NCBI GenBank assembly: GCA_027923505.1
Contig: BROI01000008.1
Location: forward strand, 682,001 to 746,000
Origin: Mayamaea pseudoterrestris
Taxonomy: Eukaryota
Direction: 5' to 3'
Length of the DNA stretch: 64,000 bases
The notes below the pieces were generated by a model. The model saw only the letters and a list, made by a program, of their open reading frames with translations. It was not told the origin of the DNA and made no database searches. The position numbers were made by a program, and so were the translations under genes. Of the stretch, positions 47,001 to 60,072 are shown piece by piece; position 1 is the first letter of the stretch; every line of letters starts with the position of its first letter.

Positions 47001-49958
47001 CCATTTTTAGTTGTAGACCCTTCATAATGCTTAATAGACACTGCTTCTTCTTCGTCGATGGCCGAGAAAACGCCATTGATAGCTTGTACCATCTGACCGA
47101 GTAGACAAAGAAGGTTTTTTCCTTGCCTTGCCGCCACTATTTCAGCGTCGGCACTGCTAGTCTCGCTTATTAACTGTGCTGCGCTAGTATCTGAGTCAAA
47201 AATATCTGTAGCTGAAGTTGCAGCATGAGTGTTTGACGCCCGTGCGCCACTGTCACCCGAGAAGCCGCACAATCCAACTATAGCGGTTGCCACCGGTACC
47301 ATAAGCCTTGCTTTCAAGTTTAACTCGTTTATTAAGGCAGTCTCCCATAAACACAAGAGACTTTCGCATACTTCTGCGAGCATCGTACTCAAGGAATCAT
47401 GGTCGTTTAAGACGTCAGGGTCAAAGGAACCAGATTTTGTCACAATTATGTCAGACAATTCCTGCCCAAGCATACAACATGCTTTAGCGAGCAACGTTGC
47501 TCTCGACTTCCCAAGCCTTTGTCGAAGAAATTGGCCTGTGGGGCCCTGTTCATGGTTAACGATGGCACGCAGGACGGATGTTTGTTTAATAATTATGTTC
47601 GCAGCTCCTCGTACAACCGATTGACGAAGTGTGCCTAATAACTGGGGATGGAGTTGGATCGTTTTTAAAAAAGTCATGACAGAATTTAAAAGGTCGACGT
47701 CATCTTGAGGACCGTCAACCGCATAAGGAGGCTGATTAAGAGAATACACGAACCAATCAGCGCAGAGACACAACGAAAGTTGAACCATGTGAATGCAGAT
47801 CTCCGACGCAACAAACGTAAAGAAAAGTTGCTCATTCTCTTCCGTTATTGCAATTGCGTGTATCTTTCCCAAAAGAAGTTGGAGAAGCGTCATGTGCTTC
47901 CTTAAACCTTCGGTGACTGAGGAAAAGCTCGTTCCTGCGCTCTTGTTAAAAGACTCATCGTCAGTATCATCCAATGAAATTTTTTTGCAATTCGACCGCC
48001 CTTGCGATAGTTTCGACCGACAATAAATGCAGATGGCAATAATGAGACGACTATATAGCTTCAGCAATGCAGATGTCTCCTTCTGTGCTACCAAACAACA
48101 GCTCATGATACTGAGGATAGATATTGACGCGCAACTGGACAAGCCCTGAAGTACTGTTGAGTCGACGGAACTCGAAAGCACCAACGAATCGAACCAATCT
48201 TTCAACGAGATTATGTCCGTCAATTCCATTCGACTTCGGATAAGTGTGTTGCCATGAAGCCGCAAAAAGTCATCGACTATTTCGTGAAGCTTTTCGTCCA
48301 AAACTTCACCAGTTCCATGATAACGTTCAAGTAGAGCCTGCCCGACGTCTAAAAACACACGCGCACTGTCACTGCCCGACAGATTGTTGCGTATTATATT
48401 CGAAATTGCTTCCAAACACGCCTCTTGTGTTGACAAAATTACCGATGATGCCGTAATTTCATTGTAGAACACTTCGAGAGATTGCGCCGTCAGAACTTTG
48501 CAGTAGCTGGCCTCGGCTTCAGACTCCAAGTGTGGTGTCGCAACTTCTCCGACCATGTCAAGTATCTCAATTGTAAATTTTAAGTATTTTAAGGCTTCCC
48601 CTTCGGCAGATCTTGATTCGGACACGTTTCGCGTTGACCTACACTTCCAAAGTAAGTATCGAGTGGTCATCCAGTAAATTCGAACCTTCAAGCTTGAAAC
48701 GTGTTGTGTGCCACTTTGCAACATTAAGTCGGTATTTTGGAGCGATTGACATAGCGTTGACACAAGAAGGGAAAGTTTGCTTGGTTCAGAATCGAAGCTA
48801 AAGCTCTGTGTCTCTAGGCGCTTTTCCACTCGCGTCAAAAGCTGCTCGCCATGCAAGAGGTCGATCGCAACTTTTTCCAAAAAACTTAAATTAGCGTCTG
48901 CAGGAGCTTTAAGATCACCTCTTGACCAGCTTGGTACAAGTGCAACATGACAGTGGGATTGGCGAAGAAGTAACTCGATACCTGCGAGAATCGGGTGGAG
49001 AAATGAGCGTGTTTTGAAAAGTATCAGACGACAGCACTTGATGGGGAAACAACTTACATTCATTTAAAGACGACGAGAGAGTCTGCGACGAACCTCTATC
49101 ACTTGCAAAAATTTCTCCAATGTGAAGACTGATGTGTGACGCGAAACGGAACAACAAGCCGAGCGCAGAGATAGGCCAGTCGATGGTAAGAAATGCTGCA
49201 AGGGTCGAGTCACTCAGCCGCTCTTTAGTCTCTTCACGCACTCGACTAGCACTGGCTGCAGGTATTCGAGTAGTGATTCCGCTGAAACGATCAAGACTCA
49301 CGGCCCGTGGAGGTAGTAAGCTGTCACAATCCAACGTCGTTTCGTTGAGAGCGCTCGTCTCGCCATTGCATCGCAACATAAGCGCTCGCAAGCAATACGC
49401 AACAGATTGTCGCCGCTTCAAACGCTCTGCGCGTTTTCCTTCCGTTATTACCTGTGTCCGAAGCCGCTTTGAAACGCGATTGATTGGAGTCGTTGGGTCG
49501 TCGATCGTTGGCTTGTCCGTCTTGCTTTCGGGCGATTCTACCAATTCTAAGATCTTAAAGTCTTCCTGTAACAGCGATTCATCTTTTCTAGCGATAGTTT
49601 TTAGATGATCCACGGTGGCTCGAGTTGAAACGACCGAAAGCGATAAATCTTTGCAGGTACACTCTAATGAGTGTTGATCGATTGCAGACAAGTAGGAACA
49701 CACGATTCCCACAATGCCACACGGCAGTCTAAGAATCGGCGCCAAATCTAACTCCACAACAGTTGATATACCAGCTATTTCCTGCTGTACAGTAGCCTTC
49801 CAGTGTTGATGAGTTGCATGTGGACCTCCGCCACGAACGATACGAAGCAGAGTTCTGGCAAGTGTCGACCAAGAATTGTATCTCGAAATGACAATCCTCG
49901 TTCTCGTAACAAAGAATGGTTGTCTTATTAAAGAGGCATAGCCCGAAGGATTTTCTTC
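44003..49958 (-). CDS. Large CABIN1/HIR3-like alpha-helical protein, 5'-truncated at the duplication junction; intron 48982-49057
   Basis: The frame is open from 49958, splices into the 44003-49063 ORF, and totals about 1,950 codons. C-terminal LYRLHALRLK and FHRSVYRHAQAL resemble CABIN1. The family call is tentative. Confidence 0.6.
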
Positions 49959-51575
49959 CTAGGACTCGCCACCACGACTCATAACGACCTTTACAAACGA
50001 CTAAATGCGGTAGACATCCTGCAACGACTTTTAGAAACGAACATTCTGACAGAGGATGTCCTTCGATCGGCGCATGATGCTTTGGCCAATTCTCTTCAGC
50101 AGGCACAGCAATTCACGACGAAACAGAAAGAAGAGAAGAGGTCTGAGACTACCCGTAAGAAGGAGTTGAAGATAGATTTGAGCAACTTACGGACAAGGCA
50201 TGTTGCCTTGCGTATTTACTACGATGGCGGAGCCTACTCTGGTCTTGCAGAAAACGTTGGTCAAGCGTCGGACCAATCGGTGGAAAGGGCTTTGTTTCAA
50301 GCACTCCAAAAGGCTCAATTCATTGAATCGCGTGAAACTTGCGGATACTCTAGGTGCGGAAGGACTGATCGGGGAGTGAGCGCGGCTGGACAAGTGGTAG
50401 CGCTTCGAGTCAAGTCCGCTTTTGGAATGGATGCCTCGTTCGACTCAAACGGTGAGAATCTTATCCAAGACGCGGATCTACCAAGCAACGCGCACGATAT
50501 GATCCAAGTTCATGTGCCGGCTCGGAAAAAGAATAGCAATGAACATGCTGACGGTCAACCTACGGTTCGAACGCAGCGATTGCTATCAGAGTATCCATAC
50601 GACCGAGTGCTTAACAATTTGCTACCCAAGGATGTCCGTGTCGTAGGTTGGTGCCCAGTATCTGATGAATTTTCGGCTCGCTTCTCTGCCGCAACGCGAA
50701 CATATCGGTATTTCTTCTACAAGCGGCACATGAATTTGGGGTTAATGGATCAAGCCTTGCAGTTGCTCGTTGGAAATCACGACTTTCGCAACTTCTGCAA
50801 AATGGACGTGGAGAAGGTTTACAACTTTGAACGTGTCATTTATAGCGCGAGCATTGTAGAGCAGGAGACTGGAGTATGCTACATGATGATTCATGGCCAA
50901 GCCTTCTTGTGGCACCAAATTCGTTGCATTGCCGAGATTCTATTCTTGGTGGGACGAGAGAAGGAGTCGCCCAGCATCGTATTGGACTTGTTAAACATCA
51001 ACAAGCATCCCAGAAAACCAAGCTATCCGTTGGCTGATGAGCGGCCCCTGGTACTTCATGATTGTGGCTACAAGAAGCTACAAATACAGTACTCTGTACA
51101 AAACTTGTGGGCAGTCACGTGCCTGCAGGAAAAGCAGTGGGAGGACTTGATGTTGACGGCCGCAAGAATTCGCAATAGTCTCAATAGCTTGAAAGATAAT
51201 GCAAGTGTTTTAGGCGGCGATTTAGAGGCTTTTGCCGGCCGCGTCGCTGATGCCCGTAAGAAGCGCAAGTCGATTACGCCGACTAACGGACAAGTATTTC
51301 CCTTCAAAGGAACTCAGCATGTCGCGTGGAGCGATGCGCTCCAGTGGATTCATGATAGTCTCGGTATATGGCCTGGGCCAAACAATGAAAAAGAGTTGGC
51401 ATATGCACCACTTATGAGTCGATCCAAGGGAACGACCTACGAAGAAAAGGTGGAGGCTGCTATGAAATCCGCTAGACGAAACGAGCGTTATGTAATGAAT
51501 GTTGTCAAAAAGCGTAAGTCGAAAGAAGAAGACATTGCATTCTACAAACATATGGCTAATCAAGGAAATTTTTAA
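49959..51575 (+). pseudogene. PUS3: 5'-truncated second copy of PUS3
   Basis: Lacks its promoter and first 13 codons. There is an in-frame TAA at 49929-49931, and the first in-frame ATG (50427) lies downstream of the catalytic RTD motif. Confidence 0.8.
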
Positions 51576-51621
51576 CCGTGTGAACTACCTTGCAATTACA
51601 ACTAATACTCTAAACTCGTAA

Positions 51622-53296
51622 TCACTGGGATGGTCGATAATCCGCTGGCATTTCACCGCAGTCCGAAATAACGACATCCACCTCCGGCTTGTCCGAGGCT
51701 CCGACCTTCGTATTCTCAATTTTGCGGATCACATCCATGCCTTCCACCACATGGCCAAACACGACATGCTTGTTATCCAGATGCTGCAGATGAAAAAGAA
51801 TAACGAAATTGATGTCAGATCTGACATCACAGTGTTTGTAAGCAAATTCGCGTGGCATAAACTTACCGGCGTAGCCTTGGCAGTCACAAAAAACTGACTA
51901 CCATTTGTTCCTTTGCCAGCGTTGGCCATTGATAGCTGGCCTTCCTTCGTGTGTTTGATCTTGAAGTTCTCGTCTTCGAATTTCTCGCCTGTATTGCATT
52001 GTGAGATTTTAAAAAGGACGATAAGAAACGCGACACGTAAATTTGTGAAGGTAGCAGAAAACCCCATTTTCACTCACCATAAATACTAGCGCCGCCAGTG
52101 CCGTCTCCATTTGTAAAGTCTCCGCCTTGAATCATGAAGTCCTTAATCACACGATGAAAGATGCTGCCTTTGTAGTGCAATGGCTTGCCAGATTGACCAA
52201 TACCCTTCTCCCCAGTGCACAACGCTCTAAAATTTTCTGCCGTCTTGGGCACAATATCCTTGTATAGCTGCATGACCACACGTCCAAGGTTCTCGTCGCC
52301 CTGCTTGATATCAAAATAGACATGGGGATTGTCGCCCTTGGCATTAGGCAGGAAGAGACCTTCCTTGTCGTCGTACATGCTAACTTTGCCAAAAATGCCA
52401 CCAAATGCTTGCTTCTCCTTCTGCTTGGCCAGCGCGTGTGCGTCCTTCAGCTGTTTCATTGCCTTGAGCACATCCTTGTTGCCATTGTCAAGGTTGTAAG
52501 CTGCCATTAGATCTTCCTTTGCCTCCTTGAGCAATCCAAGGTGCAACTTGGCCAGACCCCGTCTGTACAAGGCCTTAATGTTCGAGGTCCTTTCCGACGC
52601 AAGTCCAAGAACCTTGTCGCAGGCTCGTTTCGCTGCCGCCCAATCCTTCGTCTTGATGTAGCACATGGCAGCGTTGGACCAGCAACTCACGTAAAACTGT
52701 CGCTCCTCGTCCGGAATTTCGTCTCCAGAAACATCATCATCATCGACAATGTAGTCGGCCGCATTCTCGTACTTCTGCGACGCTTCCGCATAACTTTGGC
52801 TTTGAAAAAGTTCCGTTCCTTCCGTCTTGAGTTTCTTGGCGACGTCGCTTCGCTCATCCAAAGTCATTTCCCACTTCTCCTTTTGTTTTTCATAGAAATC
52901 CAACAGTTCCACTTCGAAATGAAGGACCGCATGGGGAGGAATTTTTGGAGGGCTACCAGATGGGCCGTAGCCATAATCTGGTTGGATCTCGAGGATCGCT
53001 CTCTCGCCCACCTTCATCGAAGCGAACCCTTCATCCCATCCCCGAATGACTTGGCCATGACCAATGGAGAACTCAAAGGGTTTGCCGCGATCCAAACTTG
53101 AATCAAACTTGCTTCCATCGCTGGCCAACGTTCCAGTGTAGTGAGCCTTGATTTGAACTCCGTCAGGTGGCGGACCCTTGGCGTCGGAAGGTGCTTCTTT
53201 GATAATCTTCTTGCGAACGCCGCCATCTTGCGCAATGGAAACGTCAACCCACTCAGTGTCGGGCATGGTTTCAGTGGTGGAAGGTTCGTCAGTCAT
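51622..53296 (-). CDS. FCBP: FKBP-TPR-cyclophilin, duplicate copy
   Basis: Same translation as 31622-33296. Confidence 0.9.
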
Positions 53297-53531
53297 AATG
53301 CGCGCAAGTGAATAGGAGTAGTAGCTTTTGTGAAATTGTGAGATGATGTTGTGTCGTCCATCATGGTTGGGATGATCGAGGTTCCACGTGTCGTCTGTTT
53401 TGCTCGAAACGGTTCATGGTGCGACATTAATCTCATCTCACAACCATGCATCACTTCGTTCGTCTCGACATGCATCACTTCATCGTCTCGCCTCGATTAT
53501 TTGAAAGCAACCAAGTATTTTCGTCGGAATC

Positions 53532-54483
53532 ATGAGATATCTTCCACTCTACAATTTATGCTATTTGCTATTTATCCTGGGCTGTCATATCGAGACAAAC
53601 CATGCGTTTGTCATTCAGCAACCAACGACCACTTCAATCTCAATCATTTCGAAGCCACAATGTCGTCTACATGCATCTGGTCCATTGTACGCCGGTGGTT
53701 TTGAATGGAACGATCCAACTGAAGCCTTCGACCAAGGTGTGGAAAATCCTTACAAAAATCCTGCGCTAATGCAGGGAGAGGAAGGCATCAAAATCGATCC
53801 AGCAAGATTGCTTTCGCCACGATTGGCGGGCGTCAATTTGTACTTTGTCGGAATGATGGGCAGTGGGAAGAGTCGAATCGGAGACAAGGTTGCAAGACGT
53901 GAGTGAACTGACAGGTATGCATGAGGTATTGTAAGTTGTTTTTGCCTTAACCGATGTTCCATTCGTCAACGCAGGGATGGGGACATACAATTTTCTAGAT
54001 ACTGATCAAATCATTGAAAAGGCATCCGGCATGACGATACCCCAAATATTCGCAGCGGAAGGTGAGGAGGGATTTCGAAAATTAGAGTCACAAGTCTTGG
54101 ACTCGGTGCACCCTTACGTGCGATGCGTGATTTCGACCGGCGGTGGAATCGTTTGCCAGCGAGAGAACTGGAGCAAACTTCACACTGGCTTGACAGTTTG
54201 GCTAGATGTCTTACCCGAGATCATCATTAAGCGTATTGAAAACTCTGATAGACCACTTCTGCAAATTGACAATCCACTGGAGACATTACGACGACTATTA
54301 GATGAGCGACAGGAATCATACGGCCAAGCGGATGTGCGAGTCAGTATCTTGGAGGATTTGGATGAGGACGAAGTGACAGACTTGGTGATTCGGCACCTTC
54401 ATGACTTTATTGACGAGAATCCTCCGGCCTGGAAAGTTGCCAAGGCCAAGGCTCAGGCAGAAGGTCTCGACTGGGTAAAGTAG
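53532..54483 (+). CDS. aroK: Shikimate kinase, duplicate copy
   Basis: Same translation as 33532-34483. Confidence 0.9.
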
Positions 54484-54525
54484 TTGGTGCAAAGACTCTA
54501 ATAGGAATTTAACAGCTCTACGCCT

Positions 54526-54978
54526 CTACCCAGCAGTCCACGTCATGAGAGGCTTTGAGTTAGGGCCTACCAATGGTGTATCTTTGGAAGGTTTCTTCTT
54601 CTTTGGCGGATAAGCGCCTTGCTTTTTTAATCTTAGCTCGGCAGCTGCCGCTCGTTCTGCACGTTGTTGCTCTTGTTCCTCCATTGTCAGATTCAGATCG
54701 CCCTTGTGTATTGGCGCAGGTTCTAGTGATGCGGACACTTCGTTCTTCCTTGCATTTGAAACATCGGCATCGTGGTATCGCTCGCTTTTCGCTCCTAGAC
54801 GTTGACCCTGATGGAGAATCGAAAGTGCACAACGCATGCATGAGAAGATTTCGTTGTTGCCAAGACGAACCAAGCGTCAATTTGACCACCACCTACTTTG
54901 AAGCACTATACGTACCTCCCCCTTGAAGGCATTCTGGTCGACGGCAAGAGAATCGTCACAACCGCAACAGTTCCCCAT
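54526..54978 (-). CDS. SVIP-like small protein, duplicate copy
   Basis: Copy of 34526-34978. Confidence 0.6.
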
Positions 54979-55245
54979 CGTCGAATTTCTGTGTGCAAAA
55001 CAGTTTCGTCACACTTTGAATCCTACCGGTACTCATCTCTTGTTTGGCAGAACAAGCGCCGCGCCATCACCATGGAAAACATGGAATGAAGGAACTTTAA
55101 GCAGCAGATCGCACCGATTGTCGCTCATCGATTCGGGCAAGTATCAAACCCTGTTGGAAGCTCTTCTCATTATAGGTGAAATCGGTGGAATAGCTGCTAA
55201 TCGATTGCCTGGGGCGACTACCGTAGCTCGAAGGAAAGTTAGAGT

Positions 55246-56865
55246 ATGGAAACCACAGCTGCCAGCCGATCGTCCAGGATTAGAAGGCATCCATACCAGG
55301 CAGTGAGCCCTGCACCTTCATCGGAAGCTTACTTCGATGAGACCTCTGATGAAGTTCATGAAAGTCAAGACGACACTCGCGTCCACATCGACCCAAATGA
55401 CACAGCAGAACATGCAGCAATAACAATCGATGAGGCCATTGAACGACTCACCATGGGTCGCTTCCAGTACACAATACTATGCGCAAGTGGCCTTTGCTTT
55501 GCCGCCGACGCCATGCAGGTTATACTTTTGAGTTTTGTTTCGCTCGTCATGCAGCGAGAGTGGAATCTGGACAATCATCAGACAGCCCTGCTGACGTCCA
55601 TGCTCTTTGCAGGGGCCATGGTTGGCACTCTCTGTCTGGGACCATTGGCAGATCGAATTGGTCGCCGACCCGTGTTTCTGATTGCTGCATCCATCATTTG
55701 TTTCTTTGGAATGCTTCTGGCGGCGTGTGCAAGTTACTTGTCTGCTCTCTGCACCATTCTTGGAATTGGCTTTGGTGTCGGTGGCTTGACGATCCCCTTT
55801 GATACACTCGCCGAATTTTTGCCGGCAAAGGGTCGTGGCACCAATCTGCTACTCATTGAATACTTTTGGACTGTGGGATGCCTCTATGTTGTTGCTGCGG
55901 CGTATTGCACATTACAAGGAGCAGATGCGCAATGGCAAAAGTTGGTGCTTCTTTGCAATCTGCCATGCGTCGCAGCCCTCATCATTGGATACGTGTGCGT
56001 GCCTGAGAGTCCAAGGTGGCTGGTCTCTCGAGGCAGATGCGATGAAGCGCTGCACGTGCTGCGAAAGGTGGCAAAAATAAATGGACTTGATGCCCAAACT
56101 GTCTTTCCCCAAGGCCTTGAACTTGCGCAGGAGGAACATGGGCCGGAAGCGACAATCGCTGATCTTTTGCAACCAGAATGGAGGGCGATAACATTGTGTT
56201 TGTGGGGCACCTGGTGTGGATTTGCATTTGGTTACTACGGTGCCATCTTGACAATTACCAAGGTGTTCAAATCCAGTGATAGTTCACCATCGACAACAAG
56301 TCCCTATTCATTTGACTACTCGGCCATTTTTGTAAGTAGCTCGGCCGAAATTCTCGGGACAACTCTTGCTATTCTTGCCATTGATCGGCTCGGGCGTATT
56401 CCGTCTCAGGTCGCCTCTTACGTGGCAGCTGGCATCTCAATTTGTCTTCTGGGTATACTGTCCGAGGAGCACGCTTCTCGCAATATCTTGGTCGCACTTG
56501 GCTTCTTAACACGAGTATTTGAAATGTGTGGAACATGCTCCACATGGGTTGGGACGGCTGAGATCCTCACGACCGAAGTTCGCACCACTGGACATAGTGC
56601 CGCCAACGCCGTTGCTCGGATCGGTGCCTTTGTATCTCCGTTTGTGATTGCCGACAACAGCCCGCGGAACATTGGACTCGTCATGTTGCTCGTGCATTTG
56701 TTCACGGCAGCATGCGTCTCCAAGCTCCCCGAAACGAAAGGCAAATCATTAGGTGCTTCTAATCCAAGCGTCGAGGATGGAAATGACGTTTTGCTGGATC
56801 AAAACAATGCCGACATTTTTCACGCTGATGAGTGCACTATCGAGGGCACGTCAGCTTTAACGTAA
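55246..56865 (+). CDS. SVOP-like MFS transporter, duplicate copy
   Basis: Same protein as 35246-36865, with a synonymous ACA>ACT change at 55377. Confidence 0.88.
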   Translation: METTAASRSSRIRRHPYQAVSPAPSSEAYFDETSDEVHESQDDTRVHIDPNDTAEHAAITIDEAIERLTMGRFQYTILCASGLCFAADAMQVILLSFVSLVMQREWNLDNHQTALLTSMLFAGAMVGTLCLGPLADRIGRRPVFLIAASIICFFGMLLAACASYLSALCTILGIGFGVGGLTIPFDTLAEFLPAKGRGTNLLLIEYFWTVGCLYVVAAAYCTLQGADAQWQKLVLLCNLPCVAALIIGYVCVPESPRWLVSRGRCDEALHVLRKVAKINGLDAQTVFPQGLELAQEEHGPEATIADLLQPEWRAITLCLWGTWCGFAFGYYGAILTITKVFKSSDSSPSTTSPYSFDYSAIFVSSSAEILGTTLAILAIDRLGRIPSQVASYVAAGISICLLGILSEEHASRNILVALGFLTRVFEMCGTCSTWVGTAEILTTEVRTTGHSAANAVARIGAFVSPFVIADNSPRNIGLVMLLVHLFTAACVSKLPETKGKSLGASNPSVEDGNDVLLDQNNADIFHADECTIEGTSALT

Positions 56866-57239
56866 CATTTTGGGACAAAATAAATCAACCGATACATTCT
56901 TTTGCTTTAACATCAAGCATTACCCGGCTTGGTTTTGCTCAGTAACTTAATTATGAGCACTATGATGAGCTTGGCTTGACAGACTGTTTCCGCTTGGTTG
57001 CTACCCTAGGAATTTTCACAAGGGACTCACATTTGACACATTGGGTTCGGTGGTTCAGCTCTGTGCTTTCTTTTCATGATGGCAGTCATTCACAGTCACT
57101 ACCGATACAGCATGGGCCATGGGCAATGGTCGCAAGTTGTGGCTCCGGTTTGACAACACTAATCGCTTGACTCTCTGTCTCCTTCATGTTTAATATAATC
57201 TACATTGCCTTGACCATCACTGGAACGTTTCCTCTTCGA

Positions 57240-57806
57240 ATGTCAACGTTTCTTCTTTGTCTCGCAGCGCTTCAAATGATGCATTTCAGCTCGCGCGCAT
57301 CCGCATTCATCCTGCGTCCTTCCTACAAGGCTCAGAAGTTATCATCGCAGAGATACCGAAGCTTGCCGTTATCCTCGGGGAATGCTTTAGTATCATCATC
57401 TGGCTACTCCGACGCGGAGGTCGGCGAGATGGAGTCACTGATTCTGAACCTGTCCAACCTGCCGACTGACGAATCAAGGCGGACGAAAGTCGCTCAGATA
57501 TTCAACGAGACCTTTTCTGCTTCTGCAGATGGTTTAAACAAGTCCAAACGGTTCTGTGAATTATTTGATATAATCTTGATTCGTGTTGGGGATCAGGTGC
57601 GAAGGGAAGCGGCAGAGCCGATGGGCGTTGCTGCGAGCGACTCGGATGCCACTGCCTCTGAAGTAGCTGCTATTAACCCAAAAGTTGAGCGCACCAAGAC
57701 CAAGGAGGAACTTCAATTATGGGCGCTAGTTGACATGATGGTGCAATCTAAAACGCTCGTCAAGCGGGCGACTGGAGAACTCGGCAAGGATGGTGCTTTT
57801 GGATAG
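57240..57806 (+). CDS. Hypothetical plastid-targeted protein, duplicate copy
   Basis: Copy of 37240-37806. Confidence 0.62.
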   Translation: MSTFLLCLAALQMMHFSSRASAFILRPSYKAQKLSSQRYRSLPLSSGNALVSSSGYSDAEVGEMESLILNLSNLPTDESRRTKVAQIFNETFSASADGLNKSKRFCELFDIILIRVGDQVRREAAEPMGVAASDSDATASEVAAINPKVERTKTKEELQLWALVDMMVQSKTLVKRATGELGKDGAFG

Positions 57807-58096
57807 AGTAAAGCTTGTAAAATTTGCTTCTAGACACTTCATTTATTTAAATCTTACTCATTGTTTAAATGCTTATACCTACCAGTAGTTCCGTAAGCCT
57901 TCTTACACGCTGTCCTGGAGAAACTAACTTTGGCATTCGTACGATAGCTAGCGTTAACTTTAACTCCATTGTGTGTGCGAGAAAAACGGTTGAACGGTCA
58001 TGCAGCATGGTGCCCATGTTCCCGATGTTCAAGGTGACGAGCGAGCGGCACGGTGAGAAGATTCTATAGTAGCAACAAGGAACGATCAATTGCGCC

Positions 58097-59944
58097 ATGA
58101 ACAGCAATCCCTTTGGTGTTCCACCGCCAGCCCCTGTTCATACGGGTGTTACGTCTCCATCGTCAGCCATGGTGAATCCGTTTGATCCACTCGCTCCGCC
58201 TTTAGCCGATCCGTTTGGACAAGCGCCACCGATGCAGCCGACTCCCACGAGTGCCAGTGGTGGCGGAGCCAATCCATTTGCGTCTCCAGTTTCGACGGTG
58301 ACAGCATCGGCTTCCTATGCATCTCCATTTCAGCCAGCGGCGTCTGCTCCGACTCCTCCAGTTCAGCAGCTGCAGCAGCAGCAGCAACCGTCACCAGCCT
58401 CCTACGACACGGCACTGGTTCCTTCGCAATATCAGTCCAATCCTTACGGAGGAATGGTAATGTTGGGTGGCCAATCGGCTCCTCCGGCGCAAAGTCAAGC
58501 AACCAACAATTACCAGTGGGGATTGGATGCGGGCGCGGCTCCGTCTGCGTACGGACAGCAAGGAGGGTCATTTTCCAATGAGCAGCAGGCATTTGATTAC
58601 TCGGCGCAGGCTCCATCGCCGACAAATTATCAACAGCATCAGCAGTTGCAACCGACATTGACGGAGTCGCAGCGTCCGCCGAGTCCACCGAAGCAACATG
58701 ACCCATCGTCGCCATCAACGGCCATGACAAACTACCAGAAACCGAAATCAGTCGACGTTCCCATTGAATCCAAAGAAATTCGCCCAACTGCCTATGAGTA
58801 CGGTCAGCGCGAAGTACCTTCGGACGAACACCGTCGCGAGGATGAATTTAAAAACTATGTCAATCCCTACAGGGGCGACTTGGCGCGCGAAGCACCCATG
58901 GGGTCGAGTCCCTTGCCCAAGCCAGACTTGGTTCGCAAAAAGGGTTACGTCTTGTCGAGAATCTCATTTAGAACCATTGTTATGAAGAAGTGGAAGCAGT
59001 CGTTTTGGGTTCAGTAAGTAGATTGCGTTACTTTTAATGTCATATTACGGCATTCAACTAACCTGCATTCACTAACGTTGACGTCAGGTACGGTCCTCAT
59101 ACGATGCTTTGGTTCCGCAACGAATCCGACTTTTCCGACTGGCTAAACAATCCCTACCACGACCAGGCAACTCGCAATTTTTTAATCAAACTTGCAGTCA
59201 ACTTTGTCCACGACTTGTACAAGCCAAATGTTCGGGGATATCAAGTGACGCAATGTCGCACCAAGGCGTATGGAAACAAGATGGTGCGTCAGTTCAAATT
59301 GGAGCGATGGATGGATTATGGGCCGACAATTGCGGCGGCATTTGGTTCATATGACCCAAAGGAAGTGGACGAGCTGAGATCTGCCATTGTCGAGTGCATG
59401 CGCAACACTCCGCTCAATTCTGGCATTCGGGCGACGGGAGCAGTTCGTCAGAACCGACCGGATGGTGAAGAGGAAGCAAGTCATGATAGACATGATGATG
59501 ACCGTCGCGGTTACGCCAGTAATTCAGGTGATGGTGAGCGCTTGTCGTCGCAGGAGAATTTGAAATCGGCTCCATCCGCGGAAGAGTCGGTCGAGGCGGT
59601 GGAAGAGGATTTGATGGATGTTAACAATTGGGATGACGTTCCTACTGGTACGCAACATCCGTCGATGGGATATGGCCAGCAGCAACAACAGCCGCCAGTG
59701 AACGCTGCCTATGGTGTGCCTCTTCCTACATATCCGTATGCGCAACCTCCACCACCGCCGCCTCACCAGTACGCGCAACAACAATCACCACCGCAGCAGC
59801 ATCAGAGTGTTTACCAGCAACAAGGCGCCATGGTTCCATTTGCTGGTGCACCTAGTCCCTATCCCGGTGCGCCTCCGCCGCCGCAGCAACAACAATACGT
59901 CGCAGACCCCTGGGCAGGCCAGGCCCAACCGTATCCAGCGCAGC

Positions 59945-59975
<31 letters not shown>

Positions 59976-60024
59976 GCAGAGTTATGGTCCGCCGCCTCCG
60001 CAGTACAATAGGCCGGCGTACTAG
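58097..60024 (+). CDS. Pro/Gln-rich PH-like protein, duplicate copy
   Basis: Copy of 38097-40024. Confidence 0.68.
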
Positions 60025-60072
60025 TCAGTGGTGTATACGTGTAGAAAGTGTTTCTTGACTCGTGTGTACTTT

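Larger units (their letters stand above)
29959..49958 (+). repeat. Unit 1 of a tandem segmental duplication (20,000-bp period)
   Basis: Sequence from 29959 recurs at 49959, and the ORFs from 30187 to 43963 recur at +20000 with identical translation. Confidence 0.98.

Noticed and set aside
49900..50000. Transposon-mediated origin of the duplication
   Set aside because: No terminal repeats, target-site duplication or transposase/RT ORF is recognisable at the breakpoints or elsewhere in the window.
49729..50106. 125-aa minus-strand ORF spanning the junction as a new chimeric gene
   Set aside because: It is antisense to PUS3 and out of frame with the CABIN1-like gene, has no recognisable motifs, and is a by-product of the junction.
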